Source of the DNA: the human T2T-CHM13v2.0 reference genome, Homo sapiens
NCBI RefSeq assembly: GCF_009914755.1
Contig: NC_060944.1
DNA: 64,000 nucleotides
Strand: one strand, 5' to 3'
Part shown: piece by piece, positions 13,368-26,770 of the stretch
How positions within the stretch are numbered: position 1 is the first letter of the stretch
Layout of the letters: each line of letters starts with the position of its first letter
Translations under genes and position numbers: made by a program
Notes under the pieces: model-generated
What the model saw: only the letters and a program-made list of their open reading frames with translations
Told to the model about the DNA's origin: nothing
Databases searched by the model: none

Positions 13368-13720
13368 TTTCATGTGTGTCCATGTGAAGAGACCACCAAA
13401 CAGGCTTTGTGTGAGCAACGAGGCTATTTATTTCACCTGGGTGCAGGCGGGCTGAGTCTGAAAAGAGAGTCAGTGAAGGGAGCTAGGGGTGGGGCCATTT
13501 TATAGGATTTGGGTAGGTAAATGAAAAAGGGGGGTTGTTCTCTGGCAGGCAGGAGTAGGGGTCACAAGGTGCTCAGTAGGGGAGCTTTTGAGCCAGGATG
13601 AGCCAGGATAAGGAATTTCACAAGATAATGTCATCAGCTAAGGCAGGAACCGGCCATCTGGATGTGTATGTGCAGGTCACAGGGGATATGATGGCTTAGC
13701 TTGGGCTCAGAGGCCTGACA
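13368..13720 (-). promoter_or_regulatory. HERV-H 5' LTR (LTR7 family) promoter
   Basis: 353 bp, about 9 substitutions vs the 3' LTR; TATAAAA at 13498-13504, GC/GT box CCCCACCCC, AATAAA at 13427-13432. Confidence 0.95.
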
Positions 13721-13769
13721 CACACTATAGCAGTTCCCATGAAAATTAGTGTAACTTCCTAGATAAATA

Positions 13770-14140
13770 AGGTATGAACTCACAAGGAATTGTCATACAA
13801 CAATAAGATGATTCCACATGACAACATGGACCTGTCTCATAAGCATAATGTTGAATGAATGAAGCCAGATATGGAATACATACTGAATGATTCCAATTAT
13901 GTGAAGCCTTAAAACAAAGAAAAATAATCTATGTAGTCAGAAATCAGAATTTTAGGGTAGTGTCTCTATTGGGTGAGTAGGGCCTGGAAAGCATATGGAG
14001 GGCTTCTGGGGCATTGGTCACATCTTGTTTCTTTATCTGTGTGCTGGTTGCAAGAATGTGTTCAGTTTGTGGAAACCCATGGAGCTGTATACTTAAGTGT
14101 ATTTTTCCAGAAGGATTTTTTATACTTTGACAGAATGTTC
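13770..14140 (+). mobile_element. Old L1M (L1ME-like) 3' fragment
   Basis: acaacatgga...cataatgttgaatgaatgaagccag...tactgaatgattcc, a typical L1M 3' end. Confidence 0.65.
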
Positions 14141-14692
14141 AAAGGATGTCCTCTTACTGTGAACAACACAAATGATTGGAGTTATAATGACACCCTTGCT
14201 GTTTGAGGGTGCATTTTTCAAAGGATTTTAGTCACAGATTCCCATGTTCACTGAAGCTCAATAGACTATCCCCTACCTGATGACAAGTAATTTGCTTCTT
14301 TCTTTAGTCCTGCTTTTACCTCTGGCCATGAAGAATCCTGCTTTCCACTGGTGAGTTCAGAAATTTCTAGCAGCGATATTTCTTCAGCCCAAAGTAAATA
14401 TCCTAGGACATGGAAGAAGCAGTATAGCCCCTGCCACACTCTGACTCATCTTATCCCTGCAACTCAGTTTTCTCATTCCTCACCGTCACTTGCAGGTATG
14501 AACTGGCAGGAACCTTTCCACAGATTTTCCAGTGTCTAATACACCATCTAAGAGGTAAATAGCCTGACTGGAGAGAAGCTGACAGTGGGCAGAAAGGTCT
14601 GGCTTATCCAACTGGATGAAAGCTCTCTACCTACTTTGGGCAGATGAGTCACATGACATTAGCACTTTAAAGACAGAGTTAGCTATGCCACT

Positions 14693-15052
14693 TGTCTTGG
14701 TTAGCTCGGGCTACTATAACAAAGTACCATAAACTGGGTGACTTATAAACAACAGGCATTTATTCCTCACAGTTCTGGAGTCTGTAAGTTTGAGATCAAG
14801 GTGCCAGCAAGCTCAAGTTCTAGTGACCCCCTCTTCCACTTTACAGATCCCGTCTTGTTGCATCCTCACAAGGTGAGAAGAGAGTGAGAGAGTTCTCTAG
14901 GGCTCTCTGTTACTGGAGCACTAAGCCCATTCATAAGGGCTCCACCCTCAGGGCTCGATCACTTCCCAAAGGCTCCACCTCCTAATATCACATTGGGGCT
15001 TAGGATTGCAGCACATGAATTTTGGGGGAACACAAACATTCAGTCCATTGCA
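14693..15052 (-). mobile_element. MaLR solo LTR (MLT1A-like)
   Basis: TG...CA ends, 360 bp, ctataacaaagtaccataaactgggtgacttataaacaac; flanks ccact/tcact. Confidence 0.85.
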
Positions 15053-15489
15053 TCACTCTCAAAAGTAAAGAGGCTTCTTATATAGGAAAGCATTTTCAGT
15101 CTTTAGAAATCATAAAGTAAATGGTTCACTTGAGTGAGGCAAGATGATCAGTGGGGAAAAGAGTGAGATCTGTAGCCAGACTCCCTAGGTTCTGATTATG
15201 GCTGAAATCTAGGCTGAATGGGTTAAAAGTTTATGTCCTTGTGTTTCTTCAATTTAAAAAAAATGAAATAAGAAAAATAATAGCAACAGATAATAAGGAT
15301 ATAGAAGAACTCACCTTGTTTAGGTTACTGGGGGTTATATTAAGAACTCAAAAATGGTAACTGTTGCTAGTATATAGTGTAGAGTCCTCTATTCATGGTA
15401 GATAATCAATAGATGTTGCCTAATGAGTATAATTTGTCAGATGATTCTGATCTTGTGGGCACCCCTCTTTCCCTACAGAAAACTCTTCA

Positions 15490-15990
15490 AACTCACATAG
15501 ACTTTAGGCTGCAATCCTGTCTGCCATGCAGTTTGCTCTCATCTGGCCCTTGCCTCCCTTCCAGCCTCATTTCTCACTGCTCTCTCTTGCCCTTTATACT
15601 CTAGTGGGACCCACAGGCTTGGAGCATCCCTAACAATCTGTCTGATTCTCCATGACTTTCCTTAGCCTGCCCCCTCCACCTGAACTGCCCACCCTGCTAC
15701 TCTTTACTTGAGAAACTTCTCTCTTCCTTTCCTTTCTTCAGATTCATCTTCTTCAGGAACTTACTGACTCTTCCTAGTGATGTCAGGCTGAGTGAGGTGA
15801 GCCCCTTTTGAGATTCCATTGTGCTGGAGCATAATCTCTGAGCCTATCATGTATCTCTCTTTCTTCATTAGAACAGGAGCTCCCTGAGTGTAGGAACAGT
15901 GGTTTTATCACCATGGGATCCCTAATACTTAAAAGAGTTCTTGTTATTAATCTATCGAATGAATAACTGAACCAACAAATAAATGACAAA
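15490..15990 (+). mobile_element. L2 fragment
   Basis: Pyrimidine-rich L2 body and gaatgaataa tail. Confidence 0.6.
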
Positions 15991-17289
15991 AAAGAGACAT
16001 AGGTGGTGATCTTCCTTAGAACTATAATCTCTGTATTTATGTCTAGCATTTTCATTTAGAACATGAGGAATAGAAAAAAAAACATAAAATGACCCAATGG
16101 CTTTTAGTGTGTCTCAGTTTTAATTTTGCAAATCTGGTGCTTTGCTTCTATGAGTTACCAGCAATGCTAGTCAACTCTGAGTCAGACATCCTGGTGTGTG
16201 GGTTTTAAATAATGCATTTCCTTTACCCTTAGGTGGTAAGGTGTGACATTTGCTGCTTTGATAAAATCTCCAGATGATGGTACTTACACAGGTGCAATAA
16301 AGTCCAAGTTGTTAACCTTATCTCACTTGCAAATCTGCAATTTCCTTTTTCCTCACCTTCTTTTTGAGATGTGACTAAAGAAGTGATGGCAAGGATGTGA
16401 AGGATTAGGCAAGAGACATCCTGGGTTGGGAGACTGCATTCTATAGTAAAAATCCTTTGTCCTTTATTTCCCAGGTTGACCATCAGGGTAATACTACTAG
16501 CTCATTGCTCAGCTTTTCACTTTGCTTTGATTGGAAGTCATCAGTGACTTAGAAAAAAAAGCTTTAAAAATGCAAAATTATTACTTTTCATCTTAGTAAT
16601 AGAAGCAGTAGCTTTCTTAATGGTAATCCACTTTTTTTCCCCCTTTGGTTTTCTTTTTAGCAAAGATTGGTCACTGTTGACTTATCTGTCATTTACTTAT
16701 AATAGGTATCATGTATCCCCTTGACTCACCCCAATTTAAGACACTCTCTGATAAAACTTGTAGTGCTTTGCACCTTCAAGTTAATTACCCAAGTATCCCT
16801 TTCTACCAGATCTCCTACCCTAAGCTCATCCTATACAGTATTTCTGGAACAACCACCCTAGGCCTGGGTGATTCATTTCAGCTTTCTTCCTCCCTTTCCA
16901 GGAGAGGGGAATAGAGTGCCTGGGGGAGAGAATGGGAAGTCAAGGGTCTTCAGAGGAAATAAGTGGTTTCCTGATCTGCTTCTTTTCCTTCTCATTCCTT
17001 CCTCTTAGCAGACCCTCAGAAAACCTAGATTTGACTCAATAGAAATACCTGTATTAGCTAAGCCATTTATACAAATGATTTTTCCCCATGCTTTTCTCTG
17101 GACCCTGGCAGCAAAATTAAACTTTAAAAGTAAACATTTTTAAATTTCATCATTAAATCTGTATCACATTAACTTTTTCCTGTTGTGAGCTTTTATGTGA
17201 TTTCAGCGCTAAGCTGGTCAAATATGTTACAATTTCCTAGTCCATTACTGTTATCTTTCACCACTATTTAGTCACATTTTGAAAAAGTT

Positions 17290-17670
17290 GACTTAGTCAG
17301 ATCTGGCTTCTCTAATAAAATGCCACAGACTGGGTGGCTTAAACAATGGACATTTATTTTTCAGGGTTCTGGAGGCTGGGAAGTCCAAGACTAAGATGCC
17401 AACAGTCTCAGCGGCTTGTGAGGAACGGCTCTCTGGAATTGGAGACAGCCTCCTTCTCTTTGTGCACTCACAATGCCTTTTCTCTGATGCATGCTCTCAG
17501 AGAGAAGGGCACTAATCCTATCATGAGGGTCATGCTTTCATGACCTCATCTAAATCTAATTAACCACCCCCCCCACCGGCCACCCAGGCTTCACCTCTAA
17601 ATACCATCACATCAGGGGCTGGAGCTTTGACATATGAATTTAGGGAAGACACAGGCATTCAGCCCATAAA
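17290..17670 (-). mobile_element. MaLR LTR (MLT1A/B-like)
   Basis: ccacagactgggtggcttaaacaa...ttctggaggctgggaagtccaaga. Confidence 0.8.
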
Positions 17671-17829
17671 AATGGTTATGTGAACCTGTTGTGTTTCTGC
17701 TGTTAACATTGCATGGTCCTTTCATTTAGTAAGTGTGTTTTGATTAGTTGCTTCTTTTGCAGGTGTGTGTTTTGATTATTTGTTCTCTTTCTATAAGCTC
17801 AACAGCTAGTGTTGACTAATAGCATTTAA

Positions 17830-18235
17830 GTTAGTGTCCTGAATAGTTTCCAATTGACCCCTAATCCACACTTCATCCTTTGACACACTGACCTCTATGA
17901 ATTGTATCACCTGGGCTACCCCAGCCAATGGTGGGCACTGGCAGGAAATCTGAGTACAGGACAAGAGAGAGGTCAAGGTGTTTATTATTGTACCTGCAGA
18001 TGCTGGTTAGTGGTGGCTGTATCCCTCTTCAGAAGTAGCCCTCTTTCCCAGCCATATTTCTCACTGGGCTCTAATAACCACTTTCTCCCATTGCCCTGTC
18101 AGGCCCACAGGTGGCCAAGGCTCCCCATTGCTGTGAACCTCAGGGTGCTTTATCATTTTACAACTTTGAAAATAGCCCCTTCATTAAATTCTCTTCAGTT
18201 ACCCCTTGGAGTGTGGCAACTCTCCCTGTGCCCCC
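17830..18235 (+). mobile_element. ERVL LTR (LTR16-like)
   Basis: agccaatggtgggcactggcaggaaatc...gagagaggtcaaggtgtttatt...cattaaattctcttcagttacc. Confidence 0.55.
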
Positions 18236-18519
18236 ACCACCCCTCCCATTAGCAACACATAATGTGTAGTTCCCATTATGAAATAAATGGAGGTGTTTTA
18301 TCACTTTATTTTGAATCACGCCAAGCTCCCTTGGCAGTGACACATAATAGGGGATATTCTCCACCTTTGTGGAAATGGCTTCAAATGGATATGTTTTTGA
18401 AACGTGGCTTTCAACTTGCAGGTTTCTTTTCTAAAACTCTTCAAATAGGCATCTCTTCCTCTTTGTTAAAAGTAATTCAAATGATAAGACAGTAATTATG
18501 ATTGTAATAATACCAATAG

Positions 18520-18760
18520 CAGTAGTAATAATAATAGCAATCAGCATTCGCAGTTTAGAAAATGTTTTTGCATATGTGTTTCCCATCTTATCCCCACAAA
18601 ATCCTCAAGTGATAGTTAACATTTTTTTCCTGATTTTACAGGTGAGAAAATTGAATACCACAGAGAAACTCTGTTCTTTTCACACACCTCAAAATTTAGT
18701 AAAAGGCAGGCTAAATTCAAATAGGGTCTTTCAAGTACAAATCTTTTAACTCTACCACAG
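18520..18760 (-). mobile_element. MIR
   Basis: Antisense MIR core attttacaggtgagaaaattga. Confidence 0.7.
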
Positions 18761-19730
18761 CAGAAGTGTGTAGTGAAAATAGAGAGATTAGGAGGTCAAT
18801 GACATTATCTTCAATTTGTGTTTGTGCTGAGTTCATTTCAATAGATGTCCTTGGCCCTTTGTCACCTGTTTGCAAAGCAAATGAAAATCTCATACTCAGT
18901 TCCTGCAATATTAGTCATTTTCTTGAAGGATAGCTACTGGTTTGTCTGTTTTCCTGAGTCCATAATTCAGAAATCCTATGAAAAGATCATTAACTTGTTG
19001 AGTAGACTGCAAAATAGACACTAATGGAATATAAAGTAATTCAAGAGCTTTGACGTCTCAGTTACAGGATGACAAGGAGTTATGTATTGAATACACATTT
19101 ATCACAAGGAAATCTGAAGATGTTGACCATGGTTCTGTTCTTTTCCTTTAATCTCCATTTCTTGCCAATCCAATGTATTTTTCTCCCTCAAATGCATAGG
19201 CCACTATCTGCAATACATTGTGTTTCTACCCACAAAGTTAAAGAGGAAATTTCTTCTTCCTTTTTAATATATGTATATAGAGAGATTGAATGCAATATTC
19301 AAACTGTACTTGTAACATAATTTTATTACGTTTCAAACCCTATTAATCATAGAATACAAAAAAATTCTTTTCTAGAATCTCATTTTTCTCTTATTTTTCA
19401 TAAAACAAAAAGGGTAAAGCCACTGGGGGAAAAATGTGTCTTTTGTTGTATAACGAAAGTATGAGCTTTAGGAAAACTCTTCTTCCCTATTTTCTTCTGA
19501 TTTAGGTTCATTCTCTGCCTTTTTTTCCCTCTCTTTGTGTGTAGTCAGTTTTGTCAAACATATGACTCTCTGGAAATTTTGTAGAAATAAGAGTTCAATC
19601 AAGACTCTTGGAATTTTCTATCTTGGTTTTTCAAAAATATGCAACTCTATATGTTGATGTAGAACTACAGTGATTGAAATATACTCTTTGACAGAGGGTA
19701 AAGTTAAGGGTAATCCACTTTTTTTGGAAG

Positions 19731-19816
19731 ATAAGAATAAAAATATGGTTTGCTTTATTTTGAGGAAGACCAAATGGAAGGAGCAGACAATCATTTATTT
19801 CACAAACTCTAATTAT
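19731..19816 (+). pseudogene. Candidate fossil exon (5' boundary uncertain)
   Basis: Frame open from about 19658: TTVIEIYSLTEGKVKGNPLFLEDKNKNMVCFILRKTKWKEQTIIYFTNSNY; phase-0 donor TAT|gtaagg. Confidence 0.3.
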
Positions 19817-19879
19817 GTAAGGAGATTGATTGATTGGTTTCTTGGTTGATATGGGAGAATGATTTTTTTTCCTGCCATG

Positions 19880-20590
19880 CACAGCACTGGGCAGTCTAGT
19901 TCCCTTATCCTAAGGGAGTTTATAATCTAGTAGAGGTGGTATAACACACATACACATGGGCACACACACACACACATGGGCACACACACACAATAAAAAT
20001 ATGCACTATTAGCCTAGTAAAGTACAAGCAAGGCACTGTTGGAGAGCAGGAGAGGAAGATGCTAAATTCTCAGCGCAGTGGGAGAGGTTGGATCTTGGGG
20101 CGTTTGAGTTGACTTTCCCAGGAAAATACTGAGGAAGGAGAGGTATTTCAGGAAAATAAAATAAATGAGAACTGCTTAGAGTGTTCTCAGAGACTAAGCC
20201 CAATGGCTTAATAGGAACAAAATGTTCATGACAGGTGCAGGTAAGAGTTATGTTAGAAATGTAAATGGAGACAGGGCATGGAAAGTCACTGGATACCCTT
20301 GTAAAGTTCAAACTGTATTTCAGAGACAATTGGAACCCCTTAATATTTTGCCAGGGTGTGTTGAAGGTGGTTGAAAAAGATGGGACGGTGAGGATAAGGA
20401 GGCTCTTACAATTATCCAGGAGAGCATTAAGAAGAGAAACCCCCAAGCTTGGGCACTGGCAGTGGAATGGAGAAAGAGGATGAATGTAAGAGAGATTCTG
20501 GAACAAGAAATGGTGAACTATCATAGCGATTTGATATGAGGGCAAAGGAGCTGTAGACAACAATGCCAAAGTTTTAACTAAAAACATTGT
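19880..20590 (-). mobile_element. L2 fragment
   Basis: Purine-rich antisense L2; minus-strand translation retains LLDNCKSLL (cf. L2/CR1 ORF2 LDYCNSLL). Confidence 0.7.
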
Positions 20591-21269
20591 AGAAACCACT
20601 CTATTGCAATTTCGGCAACTTTTCAAGTTTGATTTATTTGGAGAGTATAGTAGAGAACACACATTTTCTGAAGAAGTACTAGTCATATTTGTCCTTTGAC
20701 CCTACTTTTTATAAGACCTCCTTTAGTGTCACACCTATGAATCATTTATTTATTCAAAAAATTAATGACCTCCTATTCTATGGCAGGCATAAACAGGAGA
20801 AAAATAGACATGATCCCATTTACCTTCACCCTTCCACCCATATCCTCTCCCCACTATCTGCCCCCAGTGCTTTTCAGTTTGGATAAGGAGAAAATATCAG
20901 TAGAAAAACTGACTTAACCCATTATATCCCTTGATCTAATAGTATTTTTTAAATATGTATTTGAAATTGGGTCCATTTTTTTCTGGATACATAAATTATT
21001 AGTTCCTAATCTGATCTGCAACAATTTCAGGAAACAATTACTGAATTATCTGTGCTTAATTTGAGCAGATGATAGCTAATTCCATGTGCCCAGAACCTAT
21101 CTTTGTAAATTATTTTGATTATTTTTTTTACTAGAGAGATAGAAGTTTTGCAGGAAGTTAACATGGATCAAGGAGTGGATGACACACACACATATGCATG
21201 TGCATGCACACTGTTATACAATTGATGAAAATGTCATAAGGTGTAAGGAGCAGTAGAAGTTTTTATTAG

Positions 21270-21460
21270 ATAGTTCACCTTTAAATCCTGGTTTTGCCTC
21301 ATTGCCATGTGGATTTGACATGTCAGTTCACCTCTCTGAGTCTCAGTTTCTACATATATACAATGGGACTAATCTTCAGCTGGCTGTAACAAGAATTAAA
21401 TTAGATAAATCTGAAAATGATTAACACAACTGAGGACATAATATGCTCAATAAAAACATC
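21270..21460 (+). mobile_element. MIR
   Basis: cacctctctgagtctcagtttctacat...aatggg core. Confidence 0.75.
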
Positions 21461-23829
21461 ATTTACAGGTCTTTTGGGAATGGTACAAACTGGACCTAAA
21501 TCAAGTTATATTATTATAGTACGATAATTTGAGTTATATTTATATAATATGAAAATTATTAATAAATAATTGTAATAACATATAATAATGTAATATAATA
21601 TAGTATAATTAATAAAATATTACCTCCTACACACTGGTTAAAAGTGTTCATGTACTATTAACTCTAGTTACAATCTTCGTGTGTTTCTTCTGATCTTAGA
21701 TCAAGAGGAATCTCATAATATTTGTACATACTGCCCATTCTAAGTGGGCTACTAGTAAATATACAAAGAAGCTGTAATAAGCATATGGCTTAGTATAGAA
21801 GAGAAGAAAAAATCCAGTAAATTACGATTTTCTTTTAAAAAACACCATCTGGATGCTGGTTCAGCTGCATTATCTCACTAATTTACATTTTATTTTCTCA
21901 AGAGACAAAGGTATATTCAATAAAAGAAGAAAATCCAGTTTAGAATGCTTGTCTCTGGAACCTGTCAGCTACACTTAATTTCTACCTAGATGCAGAAATG
22001 AGGAGTTTCCTCATCAATGTTTAAACAAAGCATAGAATTAATCACTCAACATTCAGAAGAATCAAAGTCAAAATCAAAATAAGATACTTTATTGAATTTA
22101 TCTCTCCCTGCAGTTTGGAATTTAATCCTGACTACAAGTCAAAACAAATGCACTTTTTAGATGTTGATAAGATGAAAATCAATCAATCGATATAGGTGTT
22201 GTATTGTATTAAAATGGCTTAATGGGATTAATTAAAAACCATCTTAGAAATAAAATAAAGAAGATAAAATACAGATTACTATTCTAACAGTAGAAGGGAC
22301 TAAATATCGTGAAGAGTCTTACAGCTGAAAACTACCTAGAAGCTGAGTAATAACGGATATTTGAATGACTTGCTGCGCTTTCAAGAAAGTAAAGGGGATC
22401 CCCAAGTTTTTGTTTTTGTTTTGTATTGTATTGTTTTTTAAAAAGGACTAGGAGCAGAAAGAGGAGTGGTAGGAGTGGTAAGTAAGAGCTGAGGCTCAGG
22501 ATGACTTGAAGGCATTGTGAAGATTAATAGCCATAAGAGAAAATGGAAGACTAGACCTTGAACCTGGACAAAGATACGTTTGAATCTGAGATGTTTGCAT
22601 AAAGTTAGACCCTAAGAAGGTTATATTCGTGGTGAAAGGGTGGTCCAGGAAAAAAATCCACCTGCCAGCAAAGAGAGATGTCATAAAACCTGGCTATGTC
22701 CATGACTACTACAAATGGAAAATGAAAGTAGAACTAAAACTCAGAATTCTTCCTGAGGATTTGTAACTATCGACATTGCTTCTGTGGCTTTGTGGTTCAA
22801 ACCCTTAGCACAGAAATAAAAATGATTTCTTTTTTGGAACTACCCTCTGGCAACTGACAGAAGCAACAGTAAATGCTGTGTGGAGGAAACATGCTTAGAT
22901 AAAATAACTCTCAATACGTATTTGTGTATGTAGAAAAGTTATCTTTTAAGAGCAAGAATAAAATAGCATGATTTCAGATTAACAAAAACTGGGTAAGTTT
23001 ATAATCAACAAGTTCTTCCTAATATAGCATGCATTCAGGGAGAAACACAATAATTGAAATAATATCAAAGAGGTTTATAAGACAAGAAAGCTTGGTGATA
23101 ACAAAGGAGAAATCAAGTGTAAATAAACATGACTGTATAAAATAATATGCATTAAACATTAAATTTGGCATTAAACAAATTAGATACAACAAATAAACAG
23201 AATACCATGGCAGGTAAGCTGAAAGGTAGATGATCTAAGTTAAAGCATTTTAAAGCCCTTATATTGTTTACAAGGAGATTAAAATAATCTGTAAAGTCTA
23301 GTAAACACTGAAACTATAACATGAATTTTAAGTTTGAATTGAACAGAATAGGGTCAGGGATAATCAGTGAATCCAAAGAAAAGACATAAGACTGGAAAAA
23401 AGAGAAAATAAAAATGAAAAGACATATAGTTTAGCTACCTCAATTATCACCATAAGCATAAAAAGACTAATTTCCCTGGTTAAAATACAGAGATTATCAG
23501 AAGATTAAACTATTCAGGAAAAAAAAAGAACTTTATACTATTTACAAGATTTGTCAGAAATACTATTTAAAAAGATATGTTATTATTAGACAATCAAAGA
23601 TTGATATGACTGTTAGAAGAAATGAACAAGTCTATAATTTTAGTAGGAGATTTAGAAATAGCATTCTCACTAATTAAGAGGTAAATCTAATACAACAAAT
23701 TAGAAGCTTTGAATAGTACAATTAACAAGCTTGTAATTTACATAAGTATAGAAACCTGATCTTCAAAATTAGAAATTAATATTTTCTGGGATTTATTGAA
23801 TAGTCATAAGAGTTGACCATATTCTAGGC

Positions 23830-24035
23830 CAAGGATCAGCAAATTATGGCTGACAGACCTAATCCAGCTCATGTCCTGTTTGAGTATGACCCTCAAATTA
23901 AAACCTTTTTTTTTTTAACATTTTTAATGGATTGTAAATTTTTTTCAAAAAGACAATGTATGACAGAAACCACATGTGGTCCACAAAGCCTGATATATTT
24001 ACTATGTAAACCTTTACAGAAAAAGCTGACTCATG
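23830..24035 (+). mobile_element. MER58-family hAT element
   Basis: gatcagcaaattatggc...tggtccacaaagcctgatatatttactat...tttacagaaaaag; flanks ttctaggc/ttataggc. Confidence 0.75.
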
Positions 24036-24074
24036 TTATAGGCCATAGAGAAAAGTCCAATGTATTTCATATGT

Positions 24075-24270
24075 CATCATTCAATAAATATTTATCAAAA
24101 CCCATTATATGCTGGGCAATTCTTTAGGCACTGAAAATGATAGCACAGTGAATGAAACAGACAAAAATCCTTCTGAGGACACTTGCATTCTACTGGGGGA
24201 GGCAGACAAAAAGTAAAGTAAATAAATAAAATACATAGTGTGTCTGATGGCAATCAATGTTAAGAAAAAA
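24075..24270 (-). mobile_element. L2a 3' end
   Basis: cattcaataaatatttat...gctgggca...cagtgaatgaaacagacaaaaatcc. Confidence 0.7.
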
Positions 24271-24324
24271 AATCAGAGAAAATAACAATTGTTATTTCGC
24301 AAAATTTAATACTCAAAGGACATA

Positions 24325-24646
24325 CAGTGAGCCCTCCATATCTGTGGGTTCCACATCTGTGGATTTAATCAACTGTGGATAGAAAATATTTTAAAAAAAT
24401 AAAACAAAAGTTACAATAAGAAATAATTCAAATAAAAATACAGCATAACAGCTATTTAAATAACATTTACATTGTATTAGGTATTATAAGAAATCTAGAG
24501 ACGATTTAAAGTATACAGGAAGATGTGTGTACATTATTTTCTAATATGCCATTTTTTATAAGGGACTTCAGCATTTGTGGACTTTGGTATGAGAAGGTGG
24601 GAAGGAGAGAGGCCTTGAACCAACCCCACAAAGACAGGAACAACTG
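24325..24646. mobile_element. MER2 (TcMar-Tigger)
   Basis: TA|CAGT...ACTG|TA ends; ccctccatatctgtgggttccacatc, tattaggtattataag. Confidence 0.85.
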
Positions 24647-24827
24647 TAATTTATTAGTTAAAAATCATAATAAAAATTTAAAAACACTTAGAACTGAATC
24701 ATAATAAAATCAGTACATATTAAAATCCTTGAGATGCAATCAAGGTGTATGTTTAATTTTACATGCTATATTAGAAAAAATAAAGATTGAATATTAATGA
24801 GGTGTAAGGCTAATTGAAGAAGTAACA

Positions 24828-25127
24828 GGCTGGGTATGGTGGCTCATGCCTGTAATGCTGGTACTTTGGAAGGCCAAGACAGGAGGACCACTTGAGGCCA
24901 GGAGTTCAAAACCAGCCAGGGCAACATAGCAAGACCTTGTCTCTACAAAAAATAATTTAAAAAAGTTAGCCAGGCATGGTGGCTTGTGCCTGTAGTTTCA
25001 GTTACTTTGTAGGCTAAGGTAGGAGGATCACTTGGGCCCAAGAGTTAGGGGCTGCAGTGAACTGTGGTCAGGCCACTACACTCCAGCCTGGGCAAAAGAG
25101 CAAGACTGTCTCTAAAAAAATAAATAA
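24828..25127 (+). mobile_element. AluJ
   Basis: Dimeric Alu with J-type ggaggaccacttgaggccaggag. Confidence 0.9.
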
Positions 25128-25359
25128 GCCGTAAAAATATCAATATCAGCATAAATGAGCTAGAAGGAAGAAAGAATAAGAGGTAGAAATTACTGAAGTC
25201 ATAACAAACTATAGAGAAAATTGCAGAGGCCACAATTCAACAAAAAAGTTGTTTCCTTAGAAATAGCAATGAAATATCTGCTGAGATTGATCAACAAATA
25301 TATATATAATAGGAGTGAAAATTAAAATATAAATGAAAACAAGCGACAAAAACATTTCA

Positions 25360-25680
<321 letters not shown>

Positions 25681-26418
25681 CTAGACACAAATAAATTCGG
25701 AAACTTAGATATGATGAACAAATAGGATCCTTGGGGAAAAAAGTGTAATTTACCAATTGTGACTTAGAATTATTGTATCTGGTTTTGTAACCATAAAACA
25801 AATTAATTCAGTAGTACAAAAACTTTCCCCAAACAAAGTGACACTTATTATGCGCAGGCAATTTCTACCAAACTTTCAAAATCATTTCAGGATTATTTCA
25901 TAAAATCATTCCAAAAATATGCACATTTCCAAACTTATGTTAAGAGGCCAATATAATCTTCATGCCCAAACCCAACAAAGGCAGTGCAAGAAATGAAAAG
26001 TGTAAGAATATAAGGGTTTTTTTAACATTAAGAAATATATTAAATAATTTTACCGTATCAAAAATTCAAAATAATATGCTCAAACTAGAAGCAGTCCAAA
26101 TGTCTATCAATCAACTGGTAAATGCAATGAAAAGGAAGAAACTATGGATACATATTACAACATAGATGAACCTCAAGGATATTACGCTAAGTGAAAGAAG
26201 CCAGATGCAAAAGGCTACATATTGCATGATTCTATTGATGCGAAATATTTATAAACGACGTATCCAAAGCAGAATAGTGGTTTCTTGCATGCAGCTGGGG
26301 GTAGGAACAGGTATTGACTGCAAATGGGCACGGAGGATCTTTCTGGAGTGATAAAATGTTCTAAAACCAGATTGGTTGGACAACCCTGTAAATTTCCTAA
26401 AAAATCACTGGATTTTAC

Positions 26419-26770
26419 TACAGTGGACTGAATGTGTACTTCCAAAATTTATGTGTTGAAACCTTAAGCCCCAATGTAATGGTATTAGGAATTAAAGCCT
26501 TTGGGAGGTGATTAGGTTATGAGGGTGGAGGCTTCATGAGTGAGATGAATGCCCTTGTGAAAGAGACCACAGAAGGCTCTCTCTTTTCTGAAATGTGAAT
26601 ATGCAAGAAGTTAGGCCTTCAAGAGGGCCTAGAAGAGGGCCCTCACTAGAACCCAAGCAGCCTGGCATCTTAATCTCTTCCAGCCTGAAGAATGTAAAAA
26701 ATAAATTTCCATTGTTTGTAAGTCACCAGTTTATGCTACTTTGTTATAATAGCCTGAACAGACTGAGAGA
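26419..26770 (+). mobile_element. MaLR LTR (MLT1A-like), inside an L1M 3' fragment
   Basis: tggactgaatgtg...aatgtaatggtattagg...tttgttataatagcctgaacagactgaga. Confidence 0.8.

Larger units (their letters stand above)
7869..13720 (-). mobile_element. HERV-H provirus, deleted (RTVL-H2-like) type, 5852 bp
   Basis: Paired 353-bp LTRs, 5-bp TSD CACAC (7864-7868 and 13721-13725), His PBS, PPT, gag zinc knuckle, protease and RT remnants, env almost entirely absent. Confidence 0.98.
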
